Both the position numbers and the translations under genes were made by a program. From NCBI GenBank assembly GCA_050187355.1, contig JBFWXO010000010.1, positions 12,586 to 76,585 of the forward strand: DNA of 64,000 bases. The letters run 5' to 3'. The notes beneath the pieces were generated by a model. The model searched no databases. It had not been told where the DNA came from and saw only the letters and a list, made by a program, of their open reading frames with translations. The DNA comes from Vicinamibacterales bacterium (GTDB lineage Bacteria; Acidobacteriota; Vicinamibacteria; Vicinamibacterales; UBA2999). Positions within the stretch are counted from its first letter, which is position 1. Each line of letters begins with the position of its first letter. Below are positions 43,148 through 55,800 of this stretch, in pieces.

Positions 43148-46100
43148 CTAGGCTCCGACCAGGTCGCCCGAGGCCGCGTGCGCCTCCGGCGCCGCGGCCC
43201 CGGCCGCCATCACGCGCTTGTAGTCCCTGGGCGCCACGACCACGAAGGCGCCCGTGACGGCCGGCCAGGCATCGAGCAGGCGCGAGGCCACCTCGCTGCC
43301 GGTCAGCACGACGTGACGGGCGAGCAGCTCGTGCACCAGCGCCACGTCCGCCTCCTGGACGAGGGGATCGAGATCGACCATCTCGAGGTTGCAGCGCCGG
43401 GCGAACCCGCCGTCGCCGTCGAGCACGTAGGCCAGGCCCCCGCTCATGCCGGCGGCGAAGTTGCGGCCGGTGGCGCCCAGCACCAGCACGCGCCCGCCGG
43501 TCATGTACTCGCAACCGTGATCGCCGACGCCCTCCACCACCGCGTGCGCGCCGGAGTTGCGGACGGCGAAGCGCTCGCCCGCGACGCCGCGGATGTAGGC
43601 GTCGCCGCCCGTGGCGCCGTAGAGGGCCACGTTGCCGATGATCACGTTCTCCTCGGCGGCGAAGCGGGCCTCCGCCGGCGGATGCACCACCAGGCGGCCG
43701 CCCGACAGGCCCTTGCCCACGAAGTCGTTGGCCTCGCCGACGAGGCTCAGCGTGATCCCGCGGGGCAGGAAGGCCCCGAAGCTCTGGCCGGCCGAGCCGG
43801 TGAGCGCCACCCGGATGGTGTCGGTGGGCAGCCCGAGACCGCCGTAGCGGGCCGTCACCTCGTAGCCGAGCAGGGTGCCGGTGGTGCGGTCGGTGTTGCG
43901 GATCGGGTGCGCGATCTCCACGGGCTGCCGCCGCTCGAGCGCGGGTGCGGCCTGGGCGATGAGCGCGTGATCCAGCAGGTGCCGCAGGTCCGACTCCTGG
44001 GCGCGAGTGCGGCGCCGCGCCGCCGCCGCGGGCAGGTCGGGCTCATACAGCAGGGGCGCCAGGTCCAGGCCGCGGGCCTTCCAGTGATCGACGGCGGGGG
44101 CGACGTCCAGGCAGTCCACGCGGCCGACCATCTCGTCGAGCGAGCGGAAGCCGAGGCCCGCCATCAGCTCGCGCACCTCGTCGGCCAGGAAGCGGAAGAA
44201 CGTCTCGACCACTTCGGGAGTGCCCGTGAACGCCTTGCGCAGCTCCGGATCCTGCGTCGCGATGCCGACCGGGCACGTGTTCAGGTGGCACACGCGCATC
44301 ATCACGCAGCCCATCACGACCAGCGGCGCCGTGGCGAAGCCGAACTCCTCGGCGCCGAGGAGCGCGGCGACGACCACGTCGCGGCCCGTCTTCATCTGGC
44401 CGTCCACCTGCACCACGATCCGGTCGCGCAGGCCGTTCATCCTGAGCACCTGCTGGGTTTCGGCCAGGCCCAGTTCCCAGGGCACGCCCGCGTGCTTCAG
44501 GCTGGTGAGCGGCGAGGCTCCCGTGCCCCCGTCGTGGCCCGAGATGAGCACCACGTCCGCCCGGGCCTTGGCCACGCCGGCCGCCACCGTGCCCACGCCC
44601 GACTCGGCCACGAGCTTCACGTGGACGCGGGCCGTCGGGTTGGCGTTCTTCAGGTCGAAGATGAGCTGCGCCAGGTCCTCGATCGAGTAGATGTCGTGGT
44701 GCGGCGGCGGCGAGATCAGCCCGACGCCGGGCGTCGAGTGCCGCACCTTGGCCACCCACGGGTACACCTTGTGGCCCGGGAGCTGGCCGCCCTCGCCGGG
44801 CTTGGCGCCCTGCGCCATCTTGATCTGGATGTCGTCGGCGTTGACGAGGTACTCGCTCGTCACGCCGAAGCGCCCCGACGCCACCTGCTTGATCGCGCTC
44901 CGCCGCGAGTCGCCGTTCGCGTCGGGCGTATAGCGGGCCGGGTCCTCGCCGCCCTCGCCGGTGTTCGACTTGCCGCCCAGGCGGTTCATGGCGATGGCCA
45001 GCGTCTCGTGCGCCTCCTGGCTGATGGAGCCGAACGACATGGCCCCGGTGGAGAAGCGGCGGAGGATGGACTCGGCCGGCTCCACCTCGTCGAGGGGCAC
45101 GGGCGGACCGGCGGGCCTCAGCGTGAAGAGGCCGCGCAGCGTGGCCCGGCGCCGGCTCTGGTCGTCCACCAGCCGGGTGTACTCGCGGTAGATCTCGGAG
45201 CGCTTCGCGCGCGTGGCGTGCTGCAGCCGGAAGACGGTCTCCGGATTGAAGAGGTGCACCTCGCCGTCGCGGCGCCACTGGTACTCGCCGCCGCTCTCGA
45301 GCTCGATCGGCGCGGCGGTCCGGCGCGCGAACGCGCTGGCGTGGCGCCGGCGGACCTCCTCGGCAATCGTGTCGAGCCCCACACCGCCGATCCTGGACGG
45401 GGTGGAGGTGAAGTAGCGCTCGACCAGGGCGGCCTCGAGTCCCACGGCCTCGAAGATCTGGGCGCCGCAGTAGCTCTGCAGCGTGGAGATCCCCATCTTC
45501 GACATCACCTTCAGCACGCCCTTGTTCAGGGCCTTGATGTAGCCGGTGACGGCCTGGTCGTGCGTGACGCCGTCCAGCAGGCCCTGGCGGATCATGTCGT
45601 GCAGGGACTCGAAGGCGAGGTAGGGGTTCACGGCGCCGGCGCCGTAGCCCATCAGCAGGGCGACGTGGTGCACTTCCCGGGCGTCCCCGCTCTCCACGAG
45701 CAGGCCGCAGCGGGTGCGCTCTCCCTCGCGGACGAGGTGGTGGTGCACGCCCGCCGTCGCGAGCAGGCTCGGCATGGGCGCGTGCGTGGCGTCCACGCCG
45801 CGGTCCGACAGGATGAGCACCGCGTAGCCCGCCTTCACCGCCGCGCTCGCCTTGCGGCACAGCTCCGCCATCGCGCGTTCGAGCCCCGCCCCGCCCTCGG
45901 CCGGGTTGTACAGCAGCGGCAGCGTGGTGGACCGGAAAGGCGAGCCGGTGGGCAGGTGGCGCAGCTTGGCGACGTGATCGTTGTGGACGATGGGATAGGC
46001 GATGCCGATCTGACGGCAGGAGTCCGGCCGCGGGTCGAGGAGGTTGCCCTCGGGCCCCAGCGTCGAGGCCATCGTGGTGACGATCTCCTCGCGGATGGCG

Positions 46101-47689
46101 TCGAGCGGCGGGTTGGTGACCTGCGCGAAGAGCTGCGCGAAGTAGTCGTACAGCAGGCGCGGCCGGTCCGAGAGCACCGCCAGCGCCGTGTCGGTGCCCA
46201 TCGAGCCGAGGGGTTCCTCGCCCTTCGCCGCCATCGGCCCGAGCACGATCCGCAGGTCCTCCTGCGTGTAGCCGAACGCCTGCTGGCGGACCAGCACGGT
46301 CTGATGATCGGGACGCTCGGCGCGCGCCGCCGGCAGGGCGTCGATGTCGACGAGGTTGGCGCGCAGCCAGTCGCCGTACGGGCGGGCCGCCGCCAGTTCG
46401 CCCTTGATCTCGGCGTCGTCCACGATGCGGCCCTTCGCCGTGTCGACGAGCAGCATGCGGCCCGGGCGCAGCCGGTCCTTGCGCACGATCCGGTCCGCCG
46501 GCAGGTCGAGGACGCCCACTTCCGAGGCCGCGATCACGAGCCCGTCGGTCGTCACGCAGTAGCGCGAGGGCCGGAGCCCGTTCCGGTCCAGGACGGCGCC
46601 GATGACGGTGCCGTCGGTGAAGGCGATCGACGCCGGGCCGTCCCACGGCTCCATCAGCGACGAGTGGTACTCGTAGAACGCGCGGACCGCGGGATCCATG
46701 CCCGGGTTCCCGCTCCACGGTTCCGGGATCATCATCAGCACGGCATGGGGCAGCGAGCGCCCGGCCATGACCAGGAACTCCAGCACGTTGTCGAACGACG
46801 CCGTGTCGCTCCCGCCCGGCCGGATGACGGGCAGCACCTTTCCCAGGTCGTCGCCGAGCACGTCCGACTGGAGCAGGCCCTCGCGCGCGCGCATCCAGTT
46901 GACGTTGCCGCGCAGCGTGTTGATCTCGCCGTTGTGCGCGACCATCCGGTAGGGGTGCGCCAGCGGCCACGAGGGGAAGGTGTTCGTCGAGAAGCGCTGG
47001 TGCACCAGGGCGAGCGCCGAGGCCAGGCGCGGATCGACCAGGTCCGGGTAGCACCGCTCGATCTGGGAGGCTGTCAGCATCCCCTTGTAGATGAGCGTCC
47101 GCGACGAGAGGCTGACGACGTAGGTCGCGGCGCCCGGCGCCGGGAGGCCGGCCAGGGCGCGCTCCAGGCGCCGGCGGATCACGTAGAGGGCCCGCTCGAA
47201 CGTGGCGGCGTCGTCGCCGTCGGCGGCGGCGAGGAACACCTGCTCGAAGGCCGGCGCGACGGCGGCGGCCGAGGCGCCCACGGCGTCGAGTCGCACCGGG
47301 ACCACGCGCCATCCGAGGACGGGCCGGCCCTCCTCGCGGGCGATGTCCTCCACCAGCGTGCGCACGGCGGCCCGTGCCGCCTCGTCCGTCGGCAGGAACA
47401 GCAGACCGGCGCCGTAGCGGCCGGCCTCGGGGAGCGCGAACGGCACGACGGCCCGCAGGAACGCGTCGGGCATCTGGACGAGGATGCCGGCGCCGTCGCC
47501 GGTGCCTGGATCCGAGCCCGTCGCGCCGCGATGCTCCAGGTTGATGAGGAGGTCCAGCGCCTGGCGCACGATCGCGTGCGACCGGCGCCCTTCGACGTGC
47601 GCCACGAAGCCGACGCCGCACGCGTCGTGCTCGTCGCTGGATCGGTAGAGGCCTCGTGGGGCCCGCTGGTCTCCGTCGCCTCCGTGCAT
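43148..47689 (-). CDS. gltB: Glutamate synthase large subunit
   Basis: 1513 aa. Ntn amidotransferase N-terminus (DACGVGFVA), an FMN/3Fe-4S central domain, and the GXGXG C-terminal domain. It lies 4 nt upstream of gltD. Confidence 0.97.
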   Translation of the reverse strand: MHGGDGDQRAPRGLYRSSDEHDACGVGFVAHVEGRRSHAIVRQALDLLINLEHRGATGSDPGTGDGAGILVQMPDAFLRAVVPFALPEAGRYGAGLLFLPTDEAARAAVRTLVEDIAREEGRPVLGWRVVPVRLDAVGASAAAVAPAFEQVFLAAADGDDAATFERALYVIRRRLERALAGLPAPGAATYVVSLSSRTLIYKGMLTASQIERCYPDLVDPRLASALALVHQRFSTNTFPSWPLAHPYRMVAHNGEINTLRGNVNWMRAREGLLQSDVLGDDLGKVLPVIRPGGSDTASFDNVLEFLVMAGRSLPHAVLMMIPEPWSGNPGMDPAVRAFYEYHSSLMEPWDGPASIAFTDGTVIGAVLDRNGLRPSRYCVTTDGLVIAASEVGVLDLPADRIVRKDRLRPGRMLLVDTAKGRIVDDAEIKGELAAARPYGDWLRANLVDIDALPAARAERPDHQTVLVRQQAFGYTQEDLRIVLGPMAAKGEEPLGSMGTDTALAVLSDRPRLLYDYFAQLFAQVTNPPLDAIREEIVTTMASTLGPEGNLLDPRPDSCRQIGIAYPIVHNDHVAKLRHLPTGSPFRSTTLPLLYNPAEGGAGLERAMAELCRKASAAVKAGYAVLILSDRGVDATHAPMPSLLATAGVHHHLVREGERTRCGLLVESGDAREVHHVALLMGYGAGAVNPYLAFESLHDMIRQGLLDGVTHDQAVTGYIKALNKGVLKVMSKMGISTLQSYCGAQIFEAVGLEAALVERYFTSTPSRIGGVGLDTIAEEVRRRHASAFARRTAAPIELESGGEYQWRRDGEVHLFNPETVFRLQHATRAKRSEIYREYTRLVDDQSRRRATLRGLFTLRPAGPPVPLDEVEPAESILRRFSTGAMSFGSISQEAHETLAIAMNRLGGKSNTGEGGEDPARYTPDANGDSRRSAIKQVASGRFGVTSEYLVNADDIQIKMAQGAKPGEGGQLPGHKVYPWVAKVRHSTPGVGLISPPPHHDIYSIEDLAQLIFDLKNANPTARVHVKLVAESGVGTVAAGVAKARADVVLISGHDGGTGASPLTSLKHAGVPWELGLAETQQVLRMNGLRDRIVVQVDGQMKTGRDVVVAALLGAEEFGFATAPLVVMGCVMMRVCHLNTCPVGIATQDPELRKAFTGTPEVVETFFRFLADEVRELMAGLGFRSLDEMVGRVDCLDVAPAVDHWKARGLDLAPLLYEPDLPAAAARRRTRAQESDLRHLLDHALIAQAAPALERRQPVEIAHPIRNTDRTTGTLLGYEVTARYGGLGLPTDTIRVALTGSAGQSFGAFLPRGITLSLVGEANDFVGKGLSGGRLVVHPPAEARFAAEENVIIGNVALYGATGGDAYIRGVAGERFAVRNSGAHAVVEGVGDHGCEYMTGGRVLVLGATGRNFAAGMSGGLAYVLDGDGGFARRCNLEMVDLDPLVQEADVALVHELLARHVVLTGSEVASRLLDAWPAVTGAFVVVAPRDYKRVMAAGAAAPEAHAASGDLVGA

Positions 47690-47800
47690 GGCGTTCTCCG
47701 TCGAGGAGCGCCATTACAGAGAAATCCGATCAATAAGTGAAGCGCAATGTTCGAATCGAACCGATGCGTTCTGAAAATTCAGGCGGCGCGACCCGCCGCG

Positions 47801-48190
47801 TCAGCGCGGAGGAGCGCCGGCGGCCCGGGCGCGGCGTTTGTCGAACTCGCAGCGCAGCCCCTCGCCGGCCGGCGCCACCGTCCACCCGTCGTCGAGCGTG
47901 GACACGAGATAGGCGGCGAGATCCGCGAGCTGCCGCGGGCCACCCGTCTGCAGCGCGAGGAGCACCTCGAGGTCGTAGCTGAGCGTGCCGTCGGACTGGT
48001 CCACCGCCTCGAGCGCCGAGGTGACGTCGACCGGGATGTGCGAGCGCTGCGACCAGCGGGCCGCCGCGCGGACCACGTCAGCGAGCTGTTCACCCGAGTA
48101 CGACAGAGTCGCCGAGGCGCGCCAGCGAATCATGGGCAGGGGGAAACCCATCGTAGCGCGAAGCGCGTTCCCCCTTGCCAGCCGTTGCAT
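47801..48190 (-). CDS. Hypothetical protein
   Basis: 129-aa ORF on the same strand as the respiratory cluster, with non-repetitive composition. No motif was recognised and the start is uncertain. Confidence 0.3.
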   Translation of the reverse strand: MQRLARGNALRATMGFPLPMIRWRASATLSYSGEQLADVVRAAARWSQRSHIPVDVTSALEAVDQSDGTLSYDLEVLLALQTGGPRQLADLAAYLVSTLDDGWTVAPAGEGLRCEFDKRRARAAGAPPR

Positions 48191-48226
48191 GCAAACGTGG
48201 GGGCCGGGCCTGGCCGCGCCCGCCGC

Positions 48227-48910
48227 TCAGTGCATGGCCAGGGGCGCGACGCCCCGCCACACGTACCAGAGCCCCATGGCGAGCACGAACGCCTGGGACA
48301 TTCTGTCCACGGCCGCCCGCCGCTGCACGAACAGGCGGTCGGTCGCCGAGAGGCCCAGCAGAGCTGGCGCCGTTCCGACGCCGAAGGCGACGAGCGCGGC
48401 CGCGCCCGCCGCGGCGCCGTCCCGGGCCATGGCGGCCGCCACGGCCGTGTACAGCAGGCCGCACGGCAGGAGGCCCAGGAGGAGGCCGGTGCCGAACGGG
48501 TGGCCCGGCGCCCGCTTGCCCAGGGCGCCCGTGAGGCGGCCCATCCATCCCATCGGGAGGCGCGTCGCCGCCGACGCCAGCCGCGTGACGGCCCACAGGA
48601 CGAGGACGAGGCCGGCGACGACCGCGGCCGTCCGCCGCAGGCCGACGAGCGCGCCGGCGGCCTGGACGAGCCCTCCGAACGCCGCGGCCGCCGCGCCGAG
48701 CGCCGCGTAGGTCGTGAGGCGTCCCAGCGTGTACCAGGCCTGCGCCGCGCCCGTCGAGAGGCGGCCGTGCGGCGGACCATAGCGCCGCGACACGATCAGC
48801 ACGAACGGGCCGCACATGCCCACGCAGTGGGCGGCGCTGCCCAGCAGTCCCATCGTCAGGAACGCGAGCAGGTCGATCGGGACCGTGCCGCCGTGCGTGG
48901 TCAGGCCCAC
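48227..48910 (-). CDS. DsbD_2/TauE-like membrane protein (HCxGMCGP motif)
   Basis: 227 aa, about 6 TM. The LLGSAAHCVGMCGPFV motif is typical of the membrane proteins found beside cco assembly genes. Confidence 0.6.
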   Translation of the reverse strand: MGLTTHGGTVPIDLLAFLTMGLLGSAAHCVGMCGPFVLIVSRRYGPPHGRLSTGAAQAWYTLGRLTTYAALGAAAAAFGGLVQAAGALVGLRRTAAVVAGLVLVLWAVTRLASAATRLPMGWMGRLTGALGKRAPGHPFGTGLLLGLLPCGLLYTAVAAAMARDGAAAGAAALVAFGVGTAPALLGLSATDRLFVQRRAAVDRMSQAFVLAMGLWYVWRGVAPLAMH

Positions 48911-48923
48911 CAGGTGCCGCTCC

Positions 48924-50141
48924 TCACGACTGGTAGGCGAGGCACTCCGCGAGGCCCGGATCCTTCAGCGGCACGGCGTCGTGGCGGGACAGCGCCCACC
49001 CGAACACCAGCGTGAAGAGCCCGAGGAATCCCAGCGTGCCGACGAACTCCACGACCGGCAGGTGCGCCGGGACCGCGGCCTCGCCGTGGCCGACCGCCGG
49101 CGCCACCATCAGGTAGAGCTCCCAGAACTGGGCGAACAGGACCAGGATCGCGAGCGGCACGAGGCGCCCGGGCGATCGCTTCGCCTCGCGCGGCACGAGC
49201 AGCACGAAGGGCACGACGAACTTCAGCGCCGGCAGCACGAGCAGGTAGGGCAGCCAGCCCTGGTCCGCGCGCCGCAGGAAGTAGGCCGTCTCCTCGGGCA
49301 GGTTCGCATACCAGATCAGCATGAACTGGCAGAAGTAGATGTAGGCCCAGAAGCCCGTCCAGGCGAAGAGCATCTTGCCGAGGCTGTGCAGGTGGTGCTC
49401 GTTCAGGAAGCCCTTGAGCGCGCCGGCGCCGACGAGCAGGCCCGCCACGAGCGCGACGAAGGCCGTGCCCGTCTGCATCGTGTCGGTGAAGACCAGGACG
49501 GCGAACATCGTCGAGAACCAGTGGGCGTCGAGCGACAGCAGGAAGTAGAAGCTGATGATGCTGAGCGTGAGGGCGAACAGCACGAGGAACACGGCCGACG
49601 CCGTGCGCCGCGACCGCGTCGCGGCCATGCCGCCCTCGCGGTCCTGGCGCCGGGACGCGCCGACGATCAGGGTGGCGAAGGCCACCCAGATCAGTAGGCT
49701 GACGACGCCCAGCACCACGAACATCGTGAGGTTCAGGAACGGCGCCTTGTGGGTCAGGAGCGCGTCGGCGGCGACCGCGTCCGCGTCGGACCAGTGGTAG
49801 AGCGTGTGCGCGCCGAGGACGACGGCCATCGCCAGCACGCCGCCGGGCAGGAGCCACGCGGTCATCGCCTCGGGGATCCGCCGCATCGTGACCGACCAGG
49901 TGCCGCCGGACAGGTTGAGGATGGCGATCCACGCGACACCGAAGACGCCCAGGCTCAACACGAAGAACGCGCCGATGAGGTACGTGCTCCAGGCGAGCGC
50001 GGCCTCGCCGGTCGTGAACGCCCAGCCGAGAGCGGCGGCGCCCGCCAGCGTCAGGATCCCGGCCAGGGCGCGAACGCTCGACGGCAAGGCGACCCGGCCC
50101 GGCGCGGGCGGGATCGCATGGGCGTGGGACGTCGCGGTCAT
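48924..50141 (-). CDS. actF: Alternative complex III subunit ActF (NrfD-like-related membrane subunit)
   Basis: ATG at 50141 overlaps the actE stop (ATGA). 405-aa polytopic protein in the actABCDEF order. Confidence 0.75.
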   Translation of the reverse strand: MTATSHAHAIPPAPGRVALPSSVRALAGILTLAGAAALGWAFTTGEAALAWSTYLIGAFFVLSLGVFGVAWIAILNLSGGTWSVTMRRIPEAMTAWLLPGGVLAMAVVLGAHTLYHWSDADAVAADALLTHKAPFLNLTMFVVLGVVSLLIWVAFATLIVGASRRQDREGGMAATRSRRTASAVFLVLFALTLSIISFYFLLSLDAHWFSTMFAVLVFTDTMQTGTAFVALVAGLLVGAGALKGFLNEHHLHSLGKMLFAWTGFWAYIYFCQFMLIWYANLPEETAYFLRRADQGWLPYLLVLPALKFVVPFVLLVPREAKRSPGRLVPLAILVLFAQFWELYLMVAPAVGHGEAAVPAHLPVVEFVGTLGFLGLFTLVFGWALSRHDAVPLKDPGLAECLAYQS

Positions 50142-50794
50142 GACTGGCCTCCAGTGGCGGGGGCGGCGGCCGGTGCCGCCGCGGAAGGCGCGCCGGCCGC
50201 GGGGGCCGGGGCCGGGGGCGGCGGCGCGACCGGTTCCTCCGATTGCATCTGCCTGATGTAGTGCACGACCGACCAGATGTCGCGCGCGTCCACCTGGCGG
50301 GCGTGGCTCGGCATCGACCCCTGGCCGCGCATCGGGCGATGGAAGATCTCGCCGTCGGGCCAGTCGCGCACCTTCTGCGTCATCAGGCTGGGCGGCTTCG
50401 GGAAGAGCGCCGTCACGAGGCCGTCGCCGGCGGCCCGCGGCCCGTGGCACGTGATGCAGACGTTGTCGAACACGAACTTGCCGTGCGCCAGGACCTCGGG
50501 CGAACGCGGGAGCGGGTTGACGAGCTCGGCGGCCGCGAGGGCGGTCTCGTTCTGGGCGTAGGGATACGGCGTCTCGTCCGCGGCCACCGCGCCGGCGGGC
50601 GGCGCGAGCAGGCCGGTGGGCCGCTCGCCGTAGAGGTCCGCGCGCTGGGGCTTCAGCTTCGGCTGGTCGATCATGTCGAGCCGGTTGCCTTCCCGGTGCG
50701 GGGAGCGGCCGGCCGGCAGCCCCACGTCGCAGCCGGCGACGGCCAGGGCGGCCGCGAGCATCGCGGCCCGGATGGGCACGGCGGCATCACGCAT
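50138..50794 (-). CDS. actE: Alternative complex III subunit ActE (monoheme cytochrome c lipoprotein)
   Basis: Lipobox LAVAGC and a single CITCH heme motif. Confidence 0.8.
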   Translation of the reverse strand: MRDAAVPIRAAMLAAALAVAGCDVGLPAGRSPHREGNRLDMIDQPKLKPQRADLYGERPTGLLAPPAGAVAADETPYPYAQNETALAAAELVNPLPRSPEVLAHGKFVFDNVCITCHGPRAAGDGLVTALFPKPPSLMTQKVRDWPDGEIFHRPMRGQGSMPSHARQVDARDIWSVVHYIRQMQSEEPVAPPPPAPAPAAGAPSAAAPAAAPATGGQS

Positions 50795-51338
50795 GGGGGC
50801 CTCCTTCGACGTTCACCAGGCGCACGTCGTCCGCGCCCAGCGACCTGACGAAGCGCTCGGCCTCGCCGGCCTGCCACTTCGGGTCGGTCGCCGAGATCCA
50901 CAGGACGAAGCGATCCACGGTGGCGCCGGTGGGGACGAGCATCGGGGGCGGCTGCGGCACGGTGTCCTTCTTGCCGGCGACGATGGCGACGGCCGCGCTC
51001 CCCAGGGCGGCCCAGAACACCATCGCCTCGAACGTGATGGGGACGAACGCCGGCCACGAGGCGTGGGGCTTGCCGCCGAAGTTCATGGGCCAGTTCCACA
51101 CCATCACGTAGTTCTGGAGCGCCTGCGCGAACAGGATGCCGCCCAGCGCGAGGGCGCCGGTGGCCCAGGGCACCCAGGAGCGCCGCTGGCCCATCGCCTC
51201 CTCCATGCCGTGCACGGGGAACGGCGTGAGCATGTCGAAGTGCGTCCAGCCCGCGGCGCGCACCTTCCCGGCCGCGGCGACGGCGTCGCCGGGCACGTAG
51301 AAGTCGCCGAGGACGCCGGTGGTCGACGTCGGCATCAT
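50787..51338 (-). CDS. actD: Alternative complex III subunit ActD (DUF3341)
   Basis: GVLGDFYVPGDAVAAAGKVRAAGWTHFDMLTPFPVHGMEEAMG followed by two TM helices. Confidence 0.8.
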   Translation of the reverse strand: MMPTSTTGVLGDFYVPGDAVAAAGKVRAAGWTHFDMLTPFPVHGMEEAMGQRRSWVPWATGALALGGILFAQALQNYVMVWNWPMNFGGKPHASWPAFVPITFEAMVFWAALGSAAVAIVAGKKDTVPQPPPMLVPTGATVDRFVLWISATDPKWQAGEAERFVRSLGADDVRLVNVEGGPHA

Positions 51339-51340
51339 GG

Positions 51341-52834
51341 TCACACCTCCTGCAGCGCGGCCGCGGGCGCCGGCCCCGGCCGCGGACCGCCGCGCGCCAC
51401 CTCGGGATCCATCACGCCCTTCACCTCCGAGATCGCCACGACCGGCAGGACGCGCACGAACAGGAGGAACAGCGTGAAGAACAGCCCGAAGGTGCCGAAC
51501 AGGATCGCGAAATCCCAGAACGTCATCGAGTACATCCCCCACGACGAGGGCAGGTAGTCGCGGTGGAGCGACGAGACGACGATGACGTAGCGCTCGAACC
51601 ACATGCCGACGTTGACCAGGATCGACACGACGAACAGCACGAGCGTGTTGCGCCGCATCGACTTGGCCCAGAACACCTGCGGCACGATGGCGTTGCAGGT
51701 GAACATGATCGCGTAGGCCCAGCCGTAGGGCCCGAAGGCGCGGTTCTTGAAGACGAAGCCCTCCCACGCGCTGCCCGAGTACCACGCCATGAAGAACTCG
51801 GTGGAGTAGGCGAAGCCCACGAGCATGCCCGTGAGCATCAGGATCTTCGCCATGTTCTCCATGTGGTTCAGGGTGATGTAGTTCGTCATCCCGAAGTAGC
51901 CGCGCATGAAGGTCATGAGCGTGATGACCATGGCGAAGCCCGAGAAGATGGCGCCGATGACGAAGTAGGGCGGGAAGATCGTGGTGTGCCACCCGGGCAG
52001 CACCGAGGTCGCGAAGTCGAACGACACGATCGTGTGCACCGAGAAGACCAGCGGCGTCGCCAGGGCGGCCAGCACCATGTAGGCCGACTCGTAGTGGCGC
52101 CAGGCCCGGTGCGAGCCGTTCCAGCCGAAGCTCAGGGCGTTGTACAGCTTCTTCCGCCAGGGGTGCGTGGCGCGGTCGCGCACGGTGGCCAGGTCGGGCA
52201 GGAGGCCCATGTACCAGAACGCCAGCGACACGAGGCCGTAGGTGGAGATGGCGAAGATGTCCCACGCCAGCGGGGAGTTGAAGTTGATCCAGAGCGGCCC
52301 GCGGGCGTTGGGATACGGCACCAGCCAGTAGGCGAACCAGGGCCGGCCCAGGTGGATGATCGGGAACACGCCCGCGCACGCCACCGCGAAGAGCGTCATC
52401 GCCTCGGCGGCCCGGTTGATCCCGGTCCGCCACTGCTGGCGGAACAGGTAGAGCACCGCCGAGATGAGCGTCCCGGCGTGGCCGATGCCGATCCAGAAGA
52501 CGAAGTTGATGATGAAGGTGCCCCAGCCGACGGGCGAGTTCACGCCGACGATGCCCATGCCCGCGTAGAAGAGCGTGATCAGGCTGAAGACGAGCAGGCT
52601 CAGCAGCGTCAGCGCGACGCCGAACGCCAGCCACCAGCGCTTCGTCGGGAACTGCTCGGCGTGGAGGCAGATGTCGCGATCGACGTCGGCCCAGCGCTTG
52701 CCGCCCGTGACCAGCGGCTCGGGGATTTCCAGGTCGCCGCCGTACGGGCCCGCACCCGCGCGCACGATCGGCCGGCCCGTCAGCTGGCGATCGTCCATCA
52801 CCGTCGCGTAGGGACTCACGTCATGCCTTGTCAT
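51341..52834 (-). CDS. actC: Alternative complex III subunit ActC (NrfD/PsrC-like quinol-binding membrane subunit)
   Basis: 497 aa, about 10 TM, NrfD-like. Confidence 0.85.
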   Translation of the reverse strand: MTRHDVSPYATVMDDRQLTGRPIVRAGAGPYGGDLEIPEPLVTGGKRWADVDRDICLHAEQFPTKRWWLAFGVALTLLSLLVFSLITLFYAGMGIVGVNSPVGWGTFIINFVFWIGIGHAGTLISAVLYLFRQQWRTGINRAAEAMTLFAVACAGVFPIIHLGRPWFAYWLVPYPNARGPLWINFNSPLAWDIFAISTYGLVSLAFWYMGLLPDLATVRDRATHPWRKKLYNALSFGWNGSHRAWRHYESAYMVLAALATPLVFSVHTIVSFDFATSVLPGWHTTIFPPYFVIGAIFSGFAMVITLMTFMRGYFGMTNYITLNHMENMAKILMLTGMLVGFAYSTEFFMAWYSGSAWEGFVFKNRAFGPYGWAYAIMFTCNAIVPQVFWAKSMRRNTLVLFVVSILVNVGMWFERYVIVVSSLHRDYLPSSWGMYSMTFWDFAILFGTFGLFFTLFLLFVRVLPVVAISEVKGVMDPEVARGGPRPGPAPAAALQEV

Positions 52835-55800
52835 TCCGCACCTTCGTCAGGTAGGAGACCGACGGCTTGACGCCGACGGACTCGAGCAGCCGCATCGCCC
52901 GCGGGGACGACGCCTGGATCGCCACCCGGGAGCCGGGCGCGTTGATGTCGCCGAACGTGATGGCGCCGGTCGGGCAGGCCTCCATGCAGGCCGGCACCAC
53001 GGCGCCGTCGGGCAGGTGATCCTTCGGCGCGCCCTCGCGCGTGGCCTCCGCCCGGGCGGCCCGGATGCGCTGGATGCAGAAGGAGCATTTCTCCATCACG
53101 CCCCGGCTGCGCACCGTGACCTCCGGGTTGTTCTTCATCTGCATCGGCTCGCGCGTGTTCAGCTCGGCGTTCCGGGCGATCTTCGGGACCAGCCACCGGA
53201 AGAACGAGCTGTCCTGGCGCTTGCTGAGCTCCCAGTAGTTGAAGCGGCGCACCTTGAACGGGCAGTTGTTCGCGCAGTACCGCGTGCCGACGCAGCGGTT
53301 GTAGATCTGCTGGTTGACGCCGTCCTCGCTGTGCATGGTGGCCGAGAAGGGGCACACCGTCTCGCACGGCGCGTTCTCGCAGTGCTGGCACAGCATCGGC
53401 TCGAAGAGGGTCTGCGGCTCCTCGACCGCCTCCAGCGGGCCGTCCCAGACCTCCGCGTCCCAGCCGCCGTCCTTCCGCGGCGCGTCGTAGTAGCGGTCGA
53501 TCCGGATCCACGACATCTCGCGGCCGTCGAGCATGCCCTGGCGGCCCACGACCGGGATGTTGTTCTCGGCCTGGCAGCCGATGACGCACTTGCCGCAGCC
53601 GTTGCACTTGCTGAGGTCGATCGTCATCGCCCACCGGGCGTTCGGATACTCGTGCACGGTCCACGCGGACGGGCCGCCCTCGGTCTGCTCGGTCCCCGCG
53701 CGCTGGTCGGCCTCGAAGGCCGTCAGGGTCGTGGTGGGCACGAGCGCCCGCTGGGCGCGGTCGATGACGTCGGACCCCTGGCCCACGGCCAGCGCCTCGG
53801 CGCCCGCGACCCGCCGCAGGGTGACGGACAGGCCGGCCGCCACGAACGCGCCGTCGCGGAGCAGCCGCAGCGGGAACGCGTTCGGCCCGACGCCGTCGCC
53901 GATGGGCCCGCACGCCGCGCGGCCGAGGCCGAGCGGCAGCGCGATCTGGTCGTGGTGCATGCCGGCGTGCCGGTAGGCCGGCGCGATGACGCTCGCGTGG
54001 CCGGCGTCCACCTCGACGAGGTCGCCGTTGGCCAGCCCCATCTCGTCGAAGCGACGCGGCGCGATCGACACGGCGCCGCCCCACGTGATGCGCGTGATGG
54101 GATCGGGCAGCTCGTGGAGCCAGCCGTTGTTCGCGTGCCGTCCGTCGCCCAGCGCGAGGTGCGGGTACAGCTGGAGCTCGAGCCCACGCTCGCCGGCCGG
54201 CGCGGACAGCGAACCCAGGAGCGCCAGGGCCGGCGGCGCCAGCACGCGGGCGGCCGGCGCCTCCACCGGCCCCTGCCACCAGCCCGTGCGGAGCACGCCG
54301 TTCCATGCGGCGTCGAAGGCCTGCGGGGTGTCGGCGGCCAGCCGCGCGCCCCAGGCGCCGCGCAGGTAGTACCAGGCCACGTCGGTCGTCGCCGGACGTT
54401 CCGCCGCCGTCGGGTTGGCCGGCGTCGCCGGCGGCGTGACGGCAGCCTTCACCGCGGCCGCGGCCGTCGGTTCGCCGAGCGCGGCGGCCCAGTCCACGAG
54501 GATCTCGAGCAGGCCGCGCGTGTCGTAGAGCGGCTGCACCACGGGTTGCTGCACCGCGAGGATCCCGCGCGGCAGCGCCACGTCGCCCCACGCCTCGAAG
54601 GGATGGCTCACCGGGGCCAGCACGTCGGCCAGCCGGGTCGTCTCGTCGAGGCGGTCGCCGAGCGAGACGATGGTCGGCACCTGGGCGAGGGCGTCGGCCA
54701 CCTTCAGACCGGCGGGGGCGTCGTAGACCGGGTTCGCGCCGGCGACGATCAGCACCTCCACGCGGCCGTTCGACATGTCGTCCACGAGCGCCGCCAGCGC
54801 CCCCGGATCCCCGGCGCCCGTCGTGGCGGCCGGGGCGTCGTCGAAGAGCCCGGCCTCGAAGGCGCCGAGGGCCGTGTTCAGGAGCAGCGCCGTCAGTTCC
54901 AGGGCCGCTCCCGAGGCGGCCGTGCTCGCCGACCCGCCCGCCATCACGATGGCGCGGCCCGAGGAGGCGACGAGCTCCGCCGCGAGTGCCTTGAGCGCCG
55001 CCGCGTCCACGCCCGCGGCCGGGGCGACGGTGTCGATGGCGAAGGGCGCCAGCGCCTGCGTCACGGCCGGATCGCCGGCCAGGGCGCCGTGGGACCGGAC
55101 CACGAGGATCTCGTGCGCCAGCGCGGCGCCGATCCGCGCGAGATCGGAGTCGCGCACCCGCAGCCGCTGGTCGGCGTTGGCGCCGGTGAGCGTCAGGCGG
55201 CCTTCGAGCTGGACGAACCGGTTCATGCGCGCGCCGAGGCCCGGCTCGGGCGTCCGCCGCGCGGCGAAGTCGCGCTCGAGGCCGTCGGCGGGCCGATCGA
55301 GGAACTCGGCGCCCAGCCCGACCACCAGGTCGGCCCGGTCGAGCCGCGGGCGGGCCGGCCCGGCCTGTCCGAAGGCGGCCGTCCAGGCCCGCGCGCCGGC
55401 GTCGGCCGCCATCGGCGCCCACACCACGTGGCGCAGGCCGGTCTGGGCCCCGATTGCCTGGATGACCGCGCCGAGCGCCGGGCTCGTCACCGGCCCCGTC
55501 AGGAGGACGGCCCGGCTGCCCGCCGCCTTCACCTTGGCCACGGCGTCGGCGCTGACGGCCTGCCAGTTCGTGGCCACCGCCGTGTCCACCCGGCGGCGCA
55601 CCGCGATCGGGCCGCGCGCGCGGTCCGGGTCGTACAGGTCCATGAGCGCGGCGTGGTGGGCCAGCGCGAGGCCGCGGCCCGTGGGGTCGTCGGCGACGGG
55701 CGTGACCAGGATCGGCCGGCCCTCGCGGGTGCGGACGCGGACCGGCGAGCCCTCGAGCACCGTGTGGAAGAAGCGGGCGTGGCCCATCCCGTCCACGAGG

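Noticed and set aside
43121-47740. 1539-aa ORF on the plus strand, plus a 1223-aa ORF in another minus-strand frame, both covering the gltB region
   Set aside because: These are shadow ORFs opposite to, or out of frame with, an unmistakable glutamate synthase large subunit. Their translations are Arg/Gly/Ala/Pro-rich with no motifs, which is typical of 70% G+C DNA.
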